Of a stretch of 64,000 bases of DNA, positions 1-20,747 are shown one piece after another (the stretch's first letter is position 1; every line of letters starts with the position of its first letter). This DNA is from Chrysomallon squamiferum (Eukaryota > Animalia > Mollusca): positions 37,200,001 through 37,264,000 of the forward strand of contig CM022670.1 of the NCBI GenBank assembly GCA_012295275.1, written 5' to 3'. The translations under genes and the position numbers were made by a program. The notes beneath the pieces were generated by a model that saw only the letters and a program-made list of their open reading frames with translations, did not search any database and was not told the origin of the DNA.

Positions 1-291
1 GTTTAATGTAAGCGAAATACCTAAAAATCTGTTGTTAGGACTTTTGTTGTAGTTTAGCAGAAAGAAATTTTTGATAAGCACCTTCTCACACATGGAACAC
101 CTGAAGAACTTTTAACAATAAATAAAACAAGCCCGAGATCCTTAATTCATTTTTCATATCAGACAACTAACCATTAAACATTTGTTTATTATAAATAATT
201 ACTGTATTTTGTATGTAAATAAATTACATCAGTTGAAAGTTATAAAACACAAAAATGAAAAAAATGTTATTAACACTGTTAGTTTGCTCAC

Positions 292-6268
<5,977 letters not shown>

Positions 6269-7595
6269 TTCTTTCTTTAACTGGTACCAGTCGTCCGATT
6301 TATTGTAATTTCTGAAATCACTCCATATGTGCACAGCGCACCATATTAAAATTACCTCTTTACGAAGTTTGTTTACTATGTTAAAGATGGAACGTCATTC
6401 GATCAAATCGGTTTCGTATATGGTCTCGAGTTAGCGTGAACGTTCGTTACATTTCTTCAATAAAATGTACAGTTCAGTTTTCAAATAATTTGCATTACTA
6501 TTAGTATTAAAATAATAAAAATAAGAAGAAAAACAAAAAGATAAAAGAAACAAAATTTATTACATTGGTATGTGCAGAAAATATTCGTGATTATTAAACT
6601 TTAAGAAAATGAACTAATGCATTCGCAATAACAATATATAAAAAAGCACATTATGTCAGTATGTTTGATATTAAAGATTATAAGTGGAATATGCTGGATT
6701 TGACTATGAACTTGCTCTCTCTGAAAACGTAGTGAATCTGGTATACTATTACTAATATTATTGCTTCTACTGTTACTACTACCACTACTACTGCTACTTA
6801 ACATCAGATGTAATAGTAGCTATGGGGGGTGATAACGGAAGCAGCGGGACATTGTTGTTATTGTTAAAAGATGTGTATTTTAATTTTCTTAAAGTTAACC
6901 CTTAAATTAATTTATTTCCTTAAACAAATATTTTAATACCTATATGATCTGGAGTCGGTAATTTTAATTTTTTTTAATTATTATTATCATAAATTATTAT
7001 TATATATTTATTTTATTATTTATTTATGTATTTATTTATTTATTTTTTAACGATTAATAATTTTTTGTTGCATGTATCGAGTAAACTGCAATCAGGAAAT
7101 TGATGTAACTATGTTAACATCCGGGAAAGAAACAGTCCACTTGATGTTAGTATTTTTGTCATGATAGACGAGATGTGCAGGATGTGATGTAGAAAATATA
7201 AAAGTTTAAAAGCAATTAAAGCAAATAATTTACCTTACTTCGTGATACGTAAATCAGCAGGCAAATACATAATTTCAGTTTAGTTTTTACATCCGCCACA
7301 CCTAAAATTAAAAATAGTCTGATGTTTGTACATTTAACAAATAAAACAGTTGGTTCTGCTTTTGTGCACCATTTTGAGAATAGGTGTTGCCAGAAATGTC
7401 TGGATGTCTTAACAAATGACTAAATGAACGAATGGATGCTTTAATAAACGTTTAATGACACTCAAAAATATTTTCATTAAAGAATCGTTAAGTGAGAAAA
7501 TATTTATTATCGTGGTCATTATTATTGTGAAATACCGAGATCATGTTTTTTCATCATACACGTGTGTGTGTATGTGTGTGCGTGTGCGAGCGTGT

Positions 7596-7633
<38 letters not shown>

Positions 7634-7934
7634 CATTAAAATTTGTATACAGATTGAGGGGACTTTATAATGCAGTAATATAGTAAAGTCTAGAAAAGTT
7701 TAAAACCCAAAATTTTACCGAAAATTAAACTTTGGTTGGATGAAGTTTGTTACAGTAATATAATTAACAGTTTAGATTCAACAGTAAAAAATGTATGTTG
7801 GGTTGGATGAAGTTTGTTGATGGAAATTGGGTTGAGAGAGGGTTGACGCTTTCGAAAGTATAGTGGGACATATTTTGTATTTTGACTGGCTGAATAATAA
7901 TTGTCTGCCGCTACCTACTTAAATTAATATTTAC

Positions 7935-7965
<31 letters not shown>

Positions 7966-8939
7966 TCAGAATCAGAATCAGAATCGGTTCCAAATGAAAC
8001 CAGTTTTATTCATACAATGGGTATATGAATGTATATTCTAAAATAATTTTATAATTAGTAATAATTATTAACAAAACATAAGTTTGTTTGTGTTTCTTTT
8101 TTCATCTGTGTTTTAAAACTTGTTCTTATACAGTTGTATAAGATCATTCAATAGTAAAAGCGAACAGGTATTTATTTATTTATTAGCACTATTTTATTTT
8201 TATCTTTTCAGATAATGTTTTCAGCATATTTGATGAATGGATGCAAACAGAGTGAAATAACTGTCATTCGAAAATGTAGACAAAAAGCAGATTTGTGAAT
8301 AATGTAACAGAGCAAATAAAGAAAACGATTTAAAGAAAAGGAGGAAATTAAAATTTTTAGAATATGAAAACTGCAAAATTTGAAAAGGTTCGATAGTATA
8401 GGAAATACGTCTGAAAGTAAATGTGAATATCAACAAGGTGAAACATTATTTCATTTGTTTGGTCATTTATCATTATTGTTCATTATGAATTAGTGAAACA
8501 CAGAATCAGCTAATATAATTAATTAACCAGCTGAAAAAGAATATCAATAAATGTACAGAAACTATTTGTTTATCGTCATGTTATCATTATATTTTTACTA
8601 TTTATTTTAAATTAATTTAGATATTATCATATTTTGTGTTCTGTGCCTAAGGTGAACAGTCCCCCAGGACAGCTTATTTTCAGATATGAGTAATCCCGTA
8701 TTAGCCACATTGGGGTGGTGGTGTCATCGCTCACCAGGTGCATTTAATGTACAGTTTAATTAAATAATAAAATGCACATTTAGTAACAATAATAATAATT
8801 TACAGTGGTGAGGACAATTTAATATAGATTTTGATTTTCATTCAATAGCATAAGACACGTAACATAATCAAATTATAATAAAAAGATACTATCTAAACTA
8901 CTTCTAATGTTAGTATTGTTAGTAAAAATATTATTATTC

Positions 8940-9380
8940 ATAAAGAAAACAAACATAGTGTTGTTTTAAAATCACTTTATTTCACTTAATTGTTTATAGA
9001 AAATATTGAAAACAGACAAAAAGTAGTTTAAAATCGTTTTTATTTCATTTAATAATTGTTAACAGAAAATATTAAAAACAACAAACACAATCATTTAAAA
9101 AGTAATATTTATTTCATTATAGAAAATAGTAAAAACAAACACAATCATTTCAAAAATAATTTTATTCATTTAATAGTTATTTGTTTACAGAAAATAGAAA
9201 AAACAAACGCATTAACTTCAAAAATCATTTTATTTTGTTTAATAATAAATTGTTTTATAGAAATAGTAAAAACAAACAACAAAATGGTTTTAAAAATCGT
9301 TTTTATTTCATATTTAATGTTTACAGTAAGTAGATAAAACAAACGACAGAATAGTTTAAAAAAGTATTTTTATTTCATTT
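8940..9380. repeat. Degenerate AT-rich minisatellite, about 55-65-bp unit
   Basis: Recurrent agaaaata.t.aaaacaaac....tttaaaa.tc.ttttatttcatttaat units. Confidence 0.6.
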
Positions 9381-9515
9381 CGTTTCATCTGAAGTTTACA
9401 AAAGTGTTAGTAGTGTTAGTAATAATATATATATTTTTTTTAATGGGCAAAAAACAATAACTAAGACAGAATGATTTTAAAAATAAGTTTAATTCAAATA
9501 ATGTTTACAAAACCC

Positions 9516-9517
<2 letters not shown>

Positions 9518-9591
<74 letters not shown>
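9518..9591. repeat. (GA)n microsatellite followed by a T-rich low-complexity tract
   Basis: Direct read. Similar (GA/TC)n arrays occur at about 13173-13252, 17583-17664, 24996-25085, 34522-34595, 35573-35682, 36279-36347 and 55616-55696. Confidence 0.95.
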
Positions 9592-9596
<5 letters not shown>

Positions 9597-11482
9597 GTGT
9601 GTATGTGTGTTGTTGTTGTTGTTTTTTCTTCTTGGCTACTTTTATTTTTTCTTCTTTCTTTCTTCTGTTTTATTCCTGTTCTTTTTTCTTTTCTTCTTTC
9701 TTCTTATTTTTTTGCTAACTTATTCTTTTTTCTTCTTCGTTTTTCTTATTCATCTTTTTCTTTTTTTTCTTCTTATTTTTCTTCTTCTTTCTTCTTATTC
9801 GTTTTATTTTTTTCTTCTTTTTTTTTTCTTTCTTCTTATTCTTCTTTTTTCTTGATTTTTCTTTTTTTTTTCCCTCTTGTTTCTTTTTTTTTTTAATTTT
9901 CTCTTGTTTTCTTTTTTTTTTTTGTTTGTATGTGTATCTATATGTTTGTGTATGTTTTTATCTTTGTACTTCTAAATTATTCCTAATCTAACTACAAAAG
10001 ACATTTGTTTTGTGTCGTACACTATTATAAACAATTATTCAAATTTAAAAATAAATTAAACTTTAGAAGCGTCAGCCGAAACTGTGGAACAATTTTAAAA
10101 GTTAATTAAACTGGACGCTAATTTAAACGATAATTTAGACAAAGTAATTTAGATCCGATTATTAAAGAACTTAATGCCCAGTTTGATAAATGCCAATTTT
10201 GAAAATTAATTTCCGTTCAAAACCATAGATTTTTTTCGGAATACCCAGTCACTGAATCCCAATACCAAGCTGACAAATTTCCTGAAAAATAAACAAAAGT
10301 AGAATTAAATTTGATGTAATTCACCGACGATTTCCGATCACAACAGCATATTTCAAAATATTTTACAGGTTCCCCAAAATCCACGACCTTCCATTTACCT
10401 AGCGAACAGCGAGTGACGTTGTTGCAATTGTTATCGTCATATTTATATATTTCCGAACAAAGCTGAAGCAGACGACGTCATTGATTTCATTAGAAGTAAG
10501 CAGTTCACATCATAAACCTTCTGATAAACAACGAACATTTAATCATGACTGATTTATTTCTATTAATTTCTTATACATTTCAATACGATGACGATTTTCT
10601 TTTTCTTTCTTTCTTATTTTTTTTTTTTTTTTTTTTTTTTTTTTGTCAATTTAATTTGATTTAAAATTCTAATAGATTTCTAATAAATTAGAAATACTTT
10701 AGAGATTTACATATATACAAACATACATACACCTTCATTGAATGTGTATGTTTCAAATGACTGATGATTAAGTTTTACATACGACATTTGGGATGGGAGA
10801 TAACTCGGCAGGACTTCCTGGATAACACTCACGTTTGTCCTATAAAAATGGCTGATTTATTTTTTGTTTTAATTTTTATTTGTTTAAATATTTATTTATA
10901 ATGTTTATTTTTTATTTGTTTTTAATCTAAAACAAAATATTAATAGTGTCTAAATTTTGAAGGTAGTTTATATATGTTCATTTTCCTTTCTTTTCAAATA
11001 TTAAGAAACCAAAGTAATTAAAATAAATAAATGTCAGAAATAAATGAATTAAATATATGGATGGAAATATAGCCAGTCAGAAAGAGACAGTCAAATAATA
11101 TTCTAGCTATAGCTTAACTTGATAGATCAGTAATGTACAAGATAAATGAAAAATGAATGAATTAATGAATTAACAAATGATTGAATAAATAATGACACAA
11201 AATAACACAAGAATTATTTTATTTTTTTTTTATTATTTTTTTTTAAAACTATAATATTATCGTTAGTATATACAGTATCATACATTTCAGTTAGACAAAC
11301 CTATATACAAAGATATATATTAAAAAAGAACATGACAATGAATGAATTCTTAGAGGTATGAGTACAATTTTCCATCTTATTAATGTTTGATGTATATCGT
11401 TTCCGTTTGTCCGAATTTGCAGGAAAAAAAGAATAATAAATAAACTGATTAATTAATTAATTAATTAAATTAATTATTATTA

Positions 11483-11524
<42 letters not shown>

Positions 11525-12981
11525 CTATAATTGCTTTTCGATAAAATAAAATTGCCAGTTCCCTTCTAATAATATATGTTCCCTGTGGTGAGGTAGCTAC
11601 AGTGAACTAACTGAAAGGGCCATTTGAAAAATATTTATCATAAACGTTTAATAGTGGAACTATTTACCTTTGGAAATTATAAACGTAATTACTGCTTATT
11701 TTACCCGATGAAATACTTCTAATCATTATGTTACAATTTTAAAACCGGGACATTTTTTTTTTTTTTTTTTTTTTTTTTTGATTTAAGTAAATAAACATTT
11801 AACGGGGGAAAATTTTAAAGCCGGGACAAATATTTTATTTAAGTTAAAAAAAAAAAAAATTTAACGATCTAGAAAACTAATGTGAAACCATAATTATGAG
11901 TAACTAAATAAATCAAGTTAACTAAAATGAAATACGCTGATTATAAGTGAATGAAAAGGGCCCTATTTCATAACATTCCTTTTTCAAAAACGTATTATTA
12001 ATTTTATATAAAACTTAATAAAACCCCTTATTAAGAAGCCAACCCCTTCCATAACAACCCTAGGTCCGTCTGAGACACTTCATGGGCAATGCATATATCA
12101 TGAACTTTCCTTTTTATTACCTGTTTTAAAAGGTAATAAAATATTTAAGACGACAGTATACATTTCTCAATCAATTATTATGGTTTTTCCTAAACGGATA
12201 ATAATAATATAACCTCAAAAATTCGTATTAGTGAGGAATGTTTTTGACTATTCATCCATATTGAAACGGAGTCTTTAAAGTAACAAATTTTGTTATTAGG
12301 TATCTGATAGAAACATATATAAATAACAATCTAATACTAAGGGTTTACATAGTTAATGTTTTGTTTTCACACATTCCACCTATACTTTAACGGTAAACAA
12401 CCTACTGATCATTCATTATTCAGTTACATTTTCTGTTACCGAACTTCTTAAAATATATTATGATCTGCTAATATGCTATACGAACTGAGTTTTTTGTAAT
12501 GAACTAGATTTCATCGGCTATCACATTCTATTCACTACTGCAAGCCCACCAACATTAATCACAGACATTAACCAATAGATAAACTTTTATCAAAGACATA
12601 TTACAAACGTTTAACTAAGTCACAAAAACAAAACAAAAAATATAAGCTGAAAAATGAATATTTCTAGTAGCATTTCCATTTCAGCTGATCAAGTATATTA
12701 TCATAATAAACTTTTATTCAACAGGATCATTCTTCTCAAATAGTGCATGATATACGTTGATGGGCTTGCAAAATTATAATTTTATTGAAGTTTTGAAGGA
12801 GACATTTCAAGACTAATTCCGACCAACGTTACGCTGCTCTTTTCGCGGATGCACCGTGACGTATGAAAGGTTTTACAAAACGTCGATGATCAGTCAAGTA
12901 CTCATCGGCGTTCGTTTAATAATTTATTGTCGTCCACTTTTCCTTCTTTATTTAGTGTGAAAGTCAGTAACGTGATCATTG

Positions 12982-13169
12982 CTATACTTTGAGAGCATTT
13001 GGAATATTATCTACAATGTCTACTGTGGACTGTTTTTCTCCAAGTTCATTCTTTGCGTCTTCAAAGTGTTGATCAACAATTTCCTTGGGTGTGCAGCCGA
13101 TTCTGAAGTAGCTTATTTCACCTGTAAATAGATAATAAGAGATAAGTTTAATAATGAATAATAATATAC

Positions 13170-13254
<85 letters not shown>

Positions 13255-16200
13255 TGGCATAAGACGTCCTTTAAAAATAAATAAATAAAGAGAGTGAGAG
13301 AAAGCGAGAACAGTATTACAATAAAAAAAAACAACAACAAACAAACATAAAAATAGTAAATGTTAATAAAGCCAAGATTTTCAAGTTTACTTTTATAATT
13401 AAGGAAAACATGTTATTTGTATTGGGTTTTTTTTTTTTTTTTTTTGCCTTCGAGATTTGTTTAGTGCTGTTTACGTCGATTACCACGACAACACCACCAT
13501 GATTCCAACGCCCTACATACTAAACCGCCATATCTCGATGACTTAAGGAAAACATGTTAATCTAGGAAGAAATTATAATCTTCATAAGCTGATTAATTCG
13601 GCGAGTTAAGAGATGAAATATTGCAAACAAAAGCTAAAACTGTTATCAGAAAAATATAAAACATTATACAATTATATTTGAGTTGTCTTACCTTTGTCAA
13701 TATTCATACAGTCAACAACAGTGGAAGCGACGATTTCATTGGATTCACCATCGCATATAACGCCGTCGAGTTTCTTACCTAGACACATCAATATAAAACT
13801 GTTTAACAACCAAACCAACAATGGAATATACAAAACAAGGTTCTGTAAAATACGTACAAATATATTCTTAGCTGAGAATATATTCCTAAAGCCAAAATTA
13901 TTATCAAAACTGATATGTAGTATTTCCGGCCGTTATTAAAAAAAATAATAAAAATAAAAATAAATAAATAAATAAAATATTAAAGATTAATAATTTAGAA
14001 TTGCTTATAAAAGTCAAATTAATTGTACTGTGACTGCACAGATGTAGAAGAGACCCTGAATGACGTTATAAATAATAATAAATTTAGAAAAGGCGACCCT
14101 GAATTATAAAATGTTCACAACATACATTATATATAAGAATACCGATTTGAACAGAATGTTTTATTTTATTTATTTATTTATTTTTTTACGAGTATTCTTA
14201 AAAACATAATCTCATTAACTATTAATATATTTACCAAGTGCTTCTATCAGCATATTGTGGTGAGTACTATCAGGTCCGCCGCTCACGTTGCCCGATGTGA
14301 GGGCGATAGGACCTGACCAGGAAACCAAATAAGCCAGAACCGTGCTGTCTGGAACCCGTATACAGATGCTGTCCTTGTTCCCAACGATATCATAGGCATC
14401 ACCTAGACCCAGATTGTACATCCACTGTCCTTTCGGCACCACGCAACTGATTCCTCCGGGATAACACCGCCTCATGAAGGCCCAGAGAAGGGGACTGAAG
14501 TCTGGTTTGGCATCTTTCAGCTGGTCGAGATTGGCCAGGCAGAGACAGATGGGCTTCTGTTGAGGGCGATCCTTCACTGCGTATATTTGTCGTATCGAGT
14601 CGGGATGCTTGCACGAAGCTGCGATTGCGTACACTGTGTCAGTGGGAGTTCCAATCACCCCGCCACTGTTGAGAACTTTGGCCACCTTTCGCATGGCAGA
14701 CGATCGTCTGGATGGATAGAGAGGACAAGGCGGGTCGTCAAACGGATCGACGTCTTTTTCCTGCCGTGAAGAAATAAATCCGAGGATTAGTCTGTTGTTT
14801 GTTATCGTGTATTTATTCGTTTTTAATATGTCGATACGTACTGAACGTAAGAAAGATTTTGGAAAAAATAACATTAAAAAAAGAAAAACTTTTTTTAAAA
14901 AATTTTGTTTTAATAATTTTTCTTTAAGAACATTCTATTCTCTTTCTTTTCTTCGTATTTATTTATCTACAGTAATTCATTTATGTCGATCTCTGTTTGT
15001 TTATTTACGTAATGTGCAGATTAATATTTGTAGCGAACCCCAAACACTCAGTTCAGAAAAGATTTCCAACAATAGGTAATATTCAGGAATGCTTAATTTA
15101 GAATTTAAACTTACCATAACTAATGGCATTCCAACAGGAATTAGATATTCTTGAAGAGTTCCGTTTACCATTTCTGCAATGGCTCCATAAATAGCTGGGA
15201 CAACTAGAACAAAAAATAACAAAAAATCGAATTTATAAACATTTTTAGTAAACTAATTGTAATTCTATAAAAAAAAGCGTAAATCTACATATACTGACTT
15301 TCATCTAGACAACTGCTGTAATAATAAAGCACGCTAAGTAATTTCAACTGCAAGAAATTCCAAACCCAGTCACTGTTTATAAAAGGTCATGGTACGAAGT
15401 TTCCTTTCCAATATATATATATATTTTGCAAAATACATACAGTGACCTCAGACAGTTCCTTTTTTGCATCTTTATTCAAAAACATATTTGCTGATGCCAT
15501 TAAATATATAATTATTCAATAGTTCATTCCCCCTCCCATTGTTCAATCGTTTGTTCTGATACGTAAATGAACCAAACTATTAAATGTAACTTAAACACCA
15601 AACTATTAAATGTAACTTAAACACCAAACTGTTAAATGTAGCTTAAACTCTAAACTGTTAAATGTAACTTAAACACTAAACTGTTAAATGTAACTTAAAC
15701 ACCAAACTATTAAATGTAACTTAAACACTAAACTGTTAAATGTAACTTAAACACTAAACTGTTAAATGTAACTTAAACACCAAACTATTAAATGTATCTT
15801 AAACACTAAACTATTAAATGTAACTTAAACACCAAACTATTAAATGTAACTTAAACACTAAACTGTTAAATGTAACTTAAACACTAAACTGTTAAATGTA
15901 ACTTAAACACCAAACTATTAAATGTATCTTAAACACTAAACTATTAAATGTAACTTAAACGCTAAACTGTTAAATGTAATTTAAACACTCAACTATTAAA
16001 TGTAACTTAAACACTAAACTATTAAATGTAACTTAAACACTAAACTGTTAAATGTAACTTAAACACTAAACTCTTAAATGTAACTTAAACACTCAACTGT
16101 TAAATGTAACTTAAACACTAAACTGTTAAATGTAACTTAAACACTTACCGGTGAGAACGGCAGTGATAAGAATCATCCACGGAGGATGGACGTTCCAGCA

Positions 16201-17576
16201 GCGGGTAACTTGTGCTATGCAGCACAGCTCCATGAACAGAGCGAAGGGGATCCACACTCTGGTGAAGAGAGGAGTTAGAAGAAGTCCTATCGTGTGCAGG
16301 ATCAATATACCAATGGCGGCTTGACGCAAAGCGAATGCTGTGTTTCCTGAGAAAGGAAAAAAAGAAGAAGCCAAAAAGGCCATCATGCTAGTGTGTGTTT
16401 CGTCTACATTCTGTAATGCATATGATAGACAGATAGATGAACGGAGCCTTTTACAAAAACGTTCCTGTTCATTTTCTAAAATATGTATTGAACGGAGGTG
16501 CTGTAGAACCCATTCTTAAAACTAAGAATTAAAGAGTATTTTTTTTTTTTTTTTTTTTTTTATCGATCAAGCATATTAAATAAATATCATACACATTTTT
16601 TACAGTTGCTTTTGTTTCTTTTGCTATTAATAAAATCAGTCGGTAACTAACCATCAATCAGCAAAGCCGTCCAGATTGCCCAGAATCCCGCCAACACAAG
16701 AACGTAGTAACATTTTGACAAACTTCCAGCAGCATAAGCGAGTCTGGCCGCATACAGGTGTAGCACCAGTCCGGACACCAGTATCCATGGCAACGGAAGA
16801 GTTCCTCTGGTTGCTTCCAAAGGAGCTAAGCACGACAAAGCTACTGTACTAGAGATCAAAGTAACGACGTCCACAATCTTCAGGTCTACTTTATCCTCAT
16901 CTTGGTATTCGCTGTTGCCGATTTTCTTACTTCTGTAAAACCAATTGCAGGTTTTAAAATAACGTAGACACCACAGCCTAATAATTAATGCATGTGAATA
17001 TATGAATGACAAATGAAGGATTTCCTTTTCACAAGACGTTTTATCTCTCTAAAACACACACACACACACACACACACACATGCAGGTGTATATATACACA
17101 CAGACAGAGAAAATTTAAATAAAAGAAGAGAAACGAATAGGCAAATGTTTAAACGATATAAATAAAATAAAGTTGACAACAAAACACTGCGTACTTTGAC
17201 TTTAAAGTTTTGTTCAAAAAATTAAAAATTAAACAAAACATTTTCCGAGTTTTGTTAAATAAAACAAGGGCGTTGTTTTCTCATCTCTTTGTTGTTTTGA
17301 AGTCGGTGAACTGTCGTCTTGTAACATGTTGCTACGTTTACTCAGTGAACTTGGCATACAACCAGCTCTAGGTTAAAGTTAAATTTTAGTGTTTTAATCA
17401 GTGAAAAGTGTAGCTGAGGCTTTGTGTGAATGGACATCATTTCAAGAATCATTTACGTAATACTACAGATTCAGAGATACAAATAGATTTTAGAAAATCA
17501 TAAGAACATTTTATATTTTAGTGAATGTGTAGATCAGCAAATGTGTTTGTATGAGTGTCTGTGCGTGTGTGTGTGT

Positions 17577-17668
<92 letters not shown>

Positions 17669-20600
17669 TTGTACATGTATATAATGCACACGGAGTATGT
17701 ACGTGAAAATGCGTTTTGCGGGCGTAATTGGTTTTGAGTTTCTGTGTATAAAAGAATTCTTTAAGGGATGCATATGTATGACTAGTTGTGTGAATGAAAC
17801 ATATATAATTACAAGTAGTAAGGTAAATAAGTGAAAACATAGCACAGGGTCTCTTTATTTTATTCGATGCTTCACAGAACAGAAAACCATGCATGAATGA
17901 CTGTAAGTGTTTTCGCAATCTGTCCCTTTACGAGACTGCGAGAAAACGTAATGAAACAGCTATAGTTCAGTTTCGGAAACAAATCTTAGAAAATCATAAT
18001 AAATGTACACTTATTAACACCCATTAACAGTTCTCATACTAATTACTCGGTTAAGTGTTTAACATAATAAAAGTAAAAATAGAAAAATAAAAATAATAAA
18101 AATACCTACCTGAACTTAGCAAAATGGCGTCGAAACCTTTCTGCAGAGTTTCGTTCAGCATGACCTCTTGCCCGATAAACATGACGGACTTTTCGGCAAT
18201 CGAGTTTTCGAGATGCGCCATGGCGACATACAGAGTCGCCAGCGCAAATACAGCCGCCGATACGCCGAACGTGAAGTTGTGAACCGCGTGGGGTATGTGG
18301 TCCACGGACAGGACGGCAACAACGACGAAGAGGAGGTTGTAAAAGAAGACGACCTTGTTTCTTACCGCTGAGACGAGCGTGAGAAATATCAAGAGAGCTA
18401 TTAAGCCCCACTGACCGAAAAAGTTAATCCGGAAGCTTTCGATTCCAGGAAACTGCAGCGTTATGAACAGTTGAGTGAGTCCTCTGGACATCCAGAATAT
18501 AAAGTAAATGACGAATTCCATGGCGTGGAAAAAGTCGTGTCTCAGGAACGAGTAGTAGCTGCCGAGAAGATGACAGACGAGGCTGTAGATGAACATGGGC
18601 ATGGCGGCTCTGAAGTCCTGGAAGTAGCCTAAGTGGTGGAACAGAAGAACTGCTGCAGGTACGACGTTACCGAAATAACCAAGTCCGTAAGGCTCGCCAT
18701 ACTTCGTGTCTTTCCGCGCTTCGTTTCGCTGATTGGGATTCTCCTTCACTCTGATCAGAAGAGGGTCGTATATGGCGTTACCCAGGCCCGGAAGGATGTA
18801 CGTCTGGCTGACCCCTTTGAGTACCATCACCCACACGGCGTAAATGCTCGTTACGACAATGAATATTTCGAAAGCTGCTGCCACCCGCCTGCCCCAGTCG
18901 AAGAACAGACCAACTCCTTCAAAGATAAGCGTCAGCATGATGGCTACCAGTACCGGAGGCATGATGTAATTAACGGTGACAGCGCAAAGGCACAAAATAA
19001 TTGCCACGGTCATGAACCCGATCATTCCAGAGATGGCTCCCGTACGTAAAACTTCGATGCCGACAACGGGATTCAGTATGTGGTTGATTCCCATCACCGT
19101 CCACAAGGAAGCGAAAACTGAGAATGCCGTGCCGACCAGATGGTCATTTCGACGAAAGCTGAGAATTGCGGCGATAAGCTGCACAACTCCGCCCATAACA
19201 ATAAGATGAACACCTGCAAAATATAATATAATATAATATAATATAATACAACACAACACAATACAATACAATATAATATAATATAATATAATATAATACA
19301 ATACAATACAATACAATATAATATAATATAATATAATATAATATAATGTAATATAATAACAGATAATTGCTGTATTATTGTTATTATTATTATTATTATC
19401 ATCGTCGTCATCATCATCATCATCATTATTATTGCTTTGATGCGTTTTGTTGTTGCTGTTACAACATCCTGGGTTTTGTAGACAAACAAGGTCTGTGTTA
19501 TATAGCATTTTAACCAAGGGAAACTTGAGGAGAAAACAAGAGAAAAAAAAAAAATGCGAACAGATCATTTCATACTATAATAATCAAACAAGATTATACA
19601 ATCCAACAGTTTTATCAATTCTGGTATGGTTCATTAATGAATTCCCGAACTGCAGTTATGCCATAATTATCGTAAAGCTAAACATTTTTTTTTACTTAAC
19701 TGTTCATTTTATTAATATCAGTTAGGTTTGTTTATTAAAAATATAATACTATCACATACAAAACATGACCTATAAAATCGTAAGCATAAAATTTCGCTGG
19801 CAACATTTTCAGGAAATAATATTTGTCCACTTCCGTTTATGATTGTCCAGTTATGTCACGAGACAGCGACGTCGTTCACAACGTCTTATTAAGTAAAATA
19901 CCGCATGTGTCTGATGTTACAGCAATATACAAGTAAAACGGAATATACGGAAGCTTTAAAGAGTAAATCAGCTTTAAAAGGATTGCATGAGAAGACTAGT
20001 ACTGAAAATCTGTACTAATCTGAATGATAATGCATACAGAAAAAATGTTATAGTGAACTTTATTTACTCTCGAGCTATGTGTGTCTTTCTCTTTCTCTGT
20101 TTTTTCTGTCTGCCTCTCTCTTTGAAACATAGACGCACACACACGCACACAGAGAGATATGTATATGCATTCATGGGTACATAGATTCCTACATACATCA
20201 TACATAAATACATACATACATACACACATACACGAATAACCAAGGACCATATCATAACTGTGTATTTTAAATCAAGTTCTTTGATTTTACGAAAATCATC
20301 CTCATTTTGTAACCTTGACCTACAAACGGTGTCAAAATTAGATAATTAATTAATCCCGGAAGTTAAGGAATTTCATGAAGCTTCTTAATTGCGTCAGAAA
20401 TGGTTTACGATTTATCTGTAATTATATTTCTCGTAGCAAAGACAGAGTTAAATATTTAGATATAGATATAGATAATAGATAGATTTAGATATACAAACGC
20501 ATATTATTGAAAACGATGATTTCATTTTACTATTACAATACAATGACTGCCTTCTTAAAAGAAACATATATATATCCATATTTACAGCACCAAATAATGT

Positions 20601-20685
20601 TATAAAAGCCATTCTGTTATATCATCAATTAATCCAAAATTGCTCTGTCTCTTTTATAAAAACTGTTTGTAATGTTTTGTCAGAG

Positions 20686-20747
<62 letters not shown>

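Noticed and set aside
9471-9896. ORFs with poly-ER, LS, I, L, Y or F runs here and throughout the ORF track
   Set aside because: They are translations of (GA)n, (ATT)n, (TATT)n and T-rich microsatellites with no coding signal.
12982-14874. Standalone canonical YRDC gene
   Set aside because: The exon starts with a clean phase-0 acceptor matching the upstream membrane exon and has no own start or presequence. Paralogue B shows the membrane-to-YrdC junction within a single exon.
15571-16144. Regular short repeat array as a possible CRISPR
   Set aside because: The units are contiguous with no unique spacers, there are no cas genes, and the context is a eukaryotic intron.
18051-19568. 505-aa ORF as a complete single-exon gene
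   Set aside because: Its first 118 or so residues are intronic repeats (YYIIL, poly-D/N). The true exon is 19213-18106.
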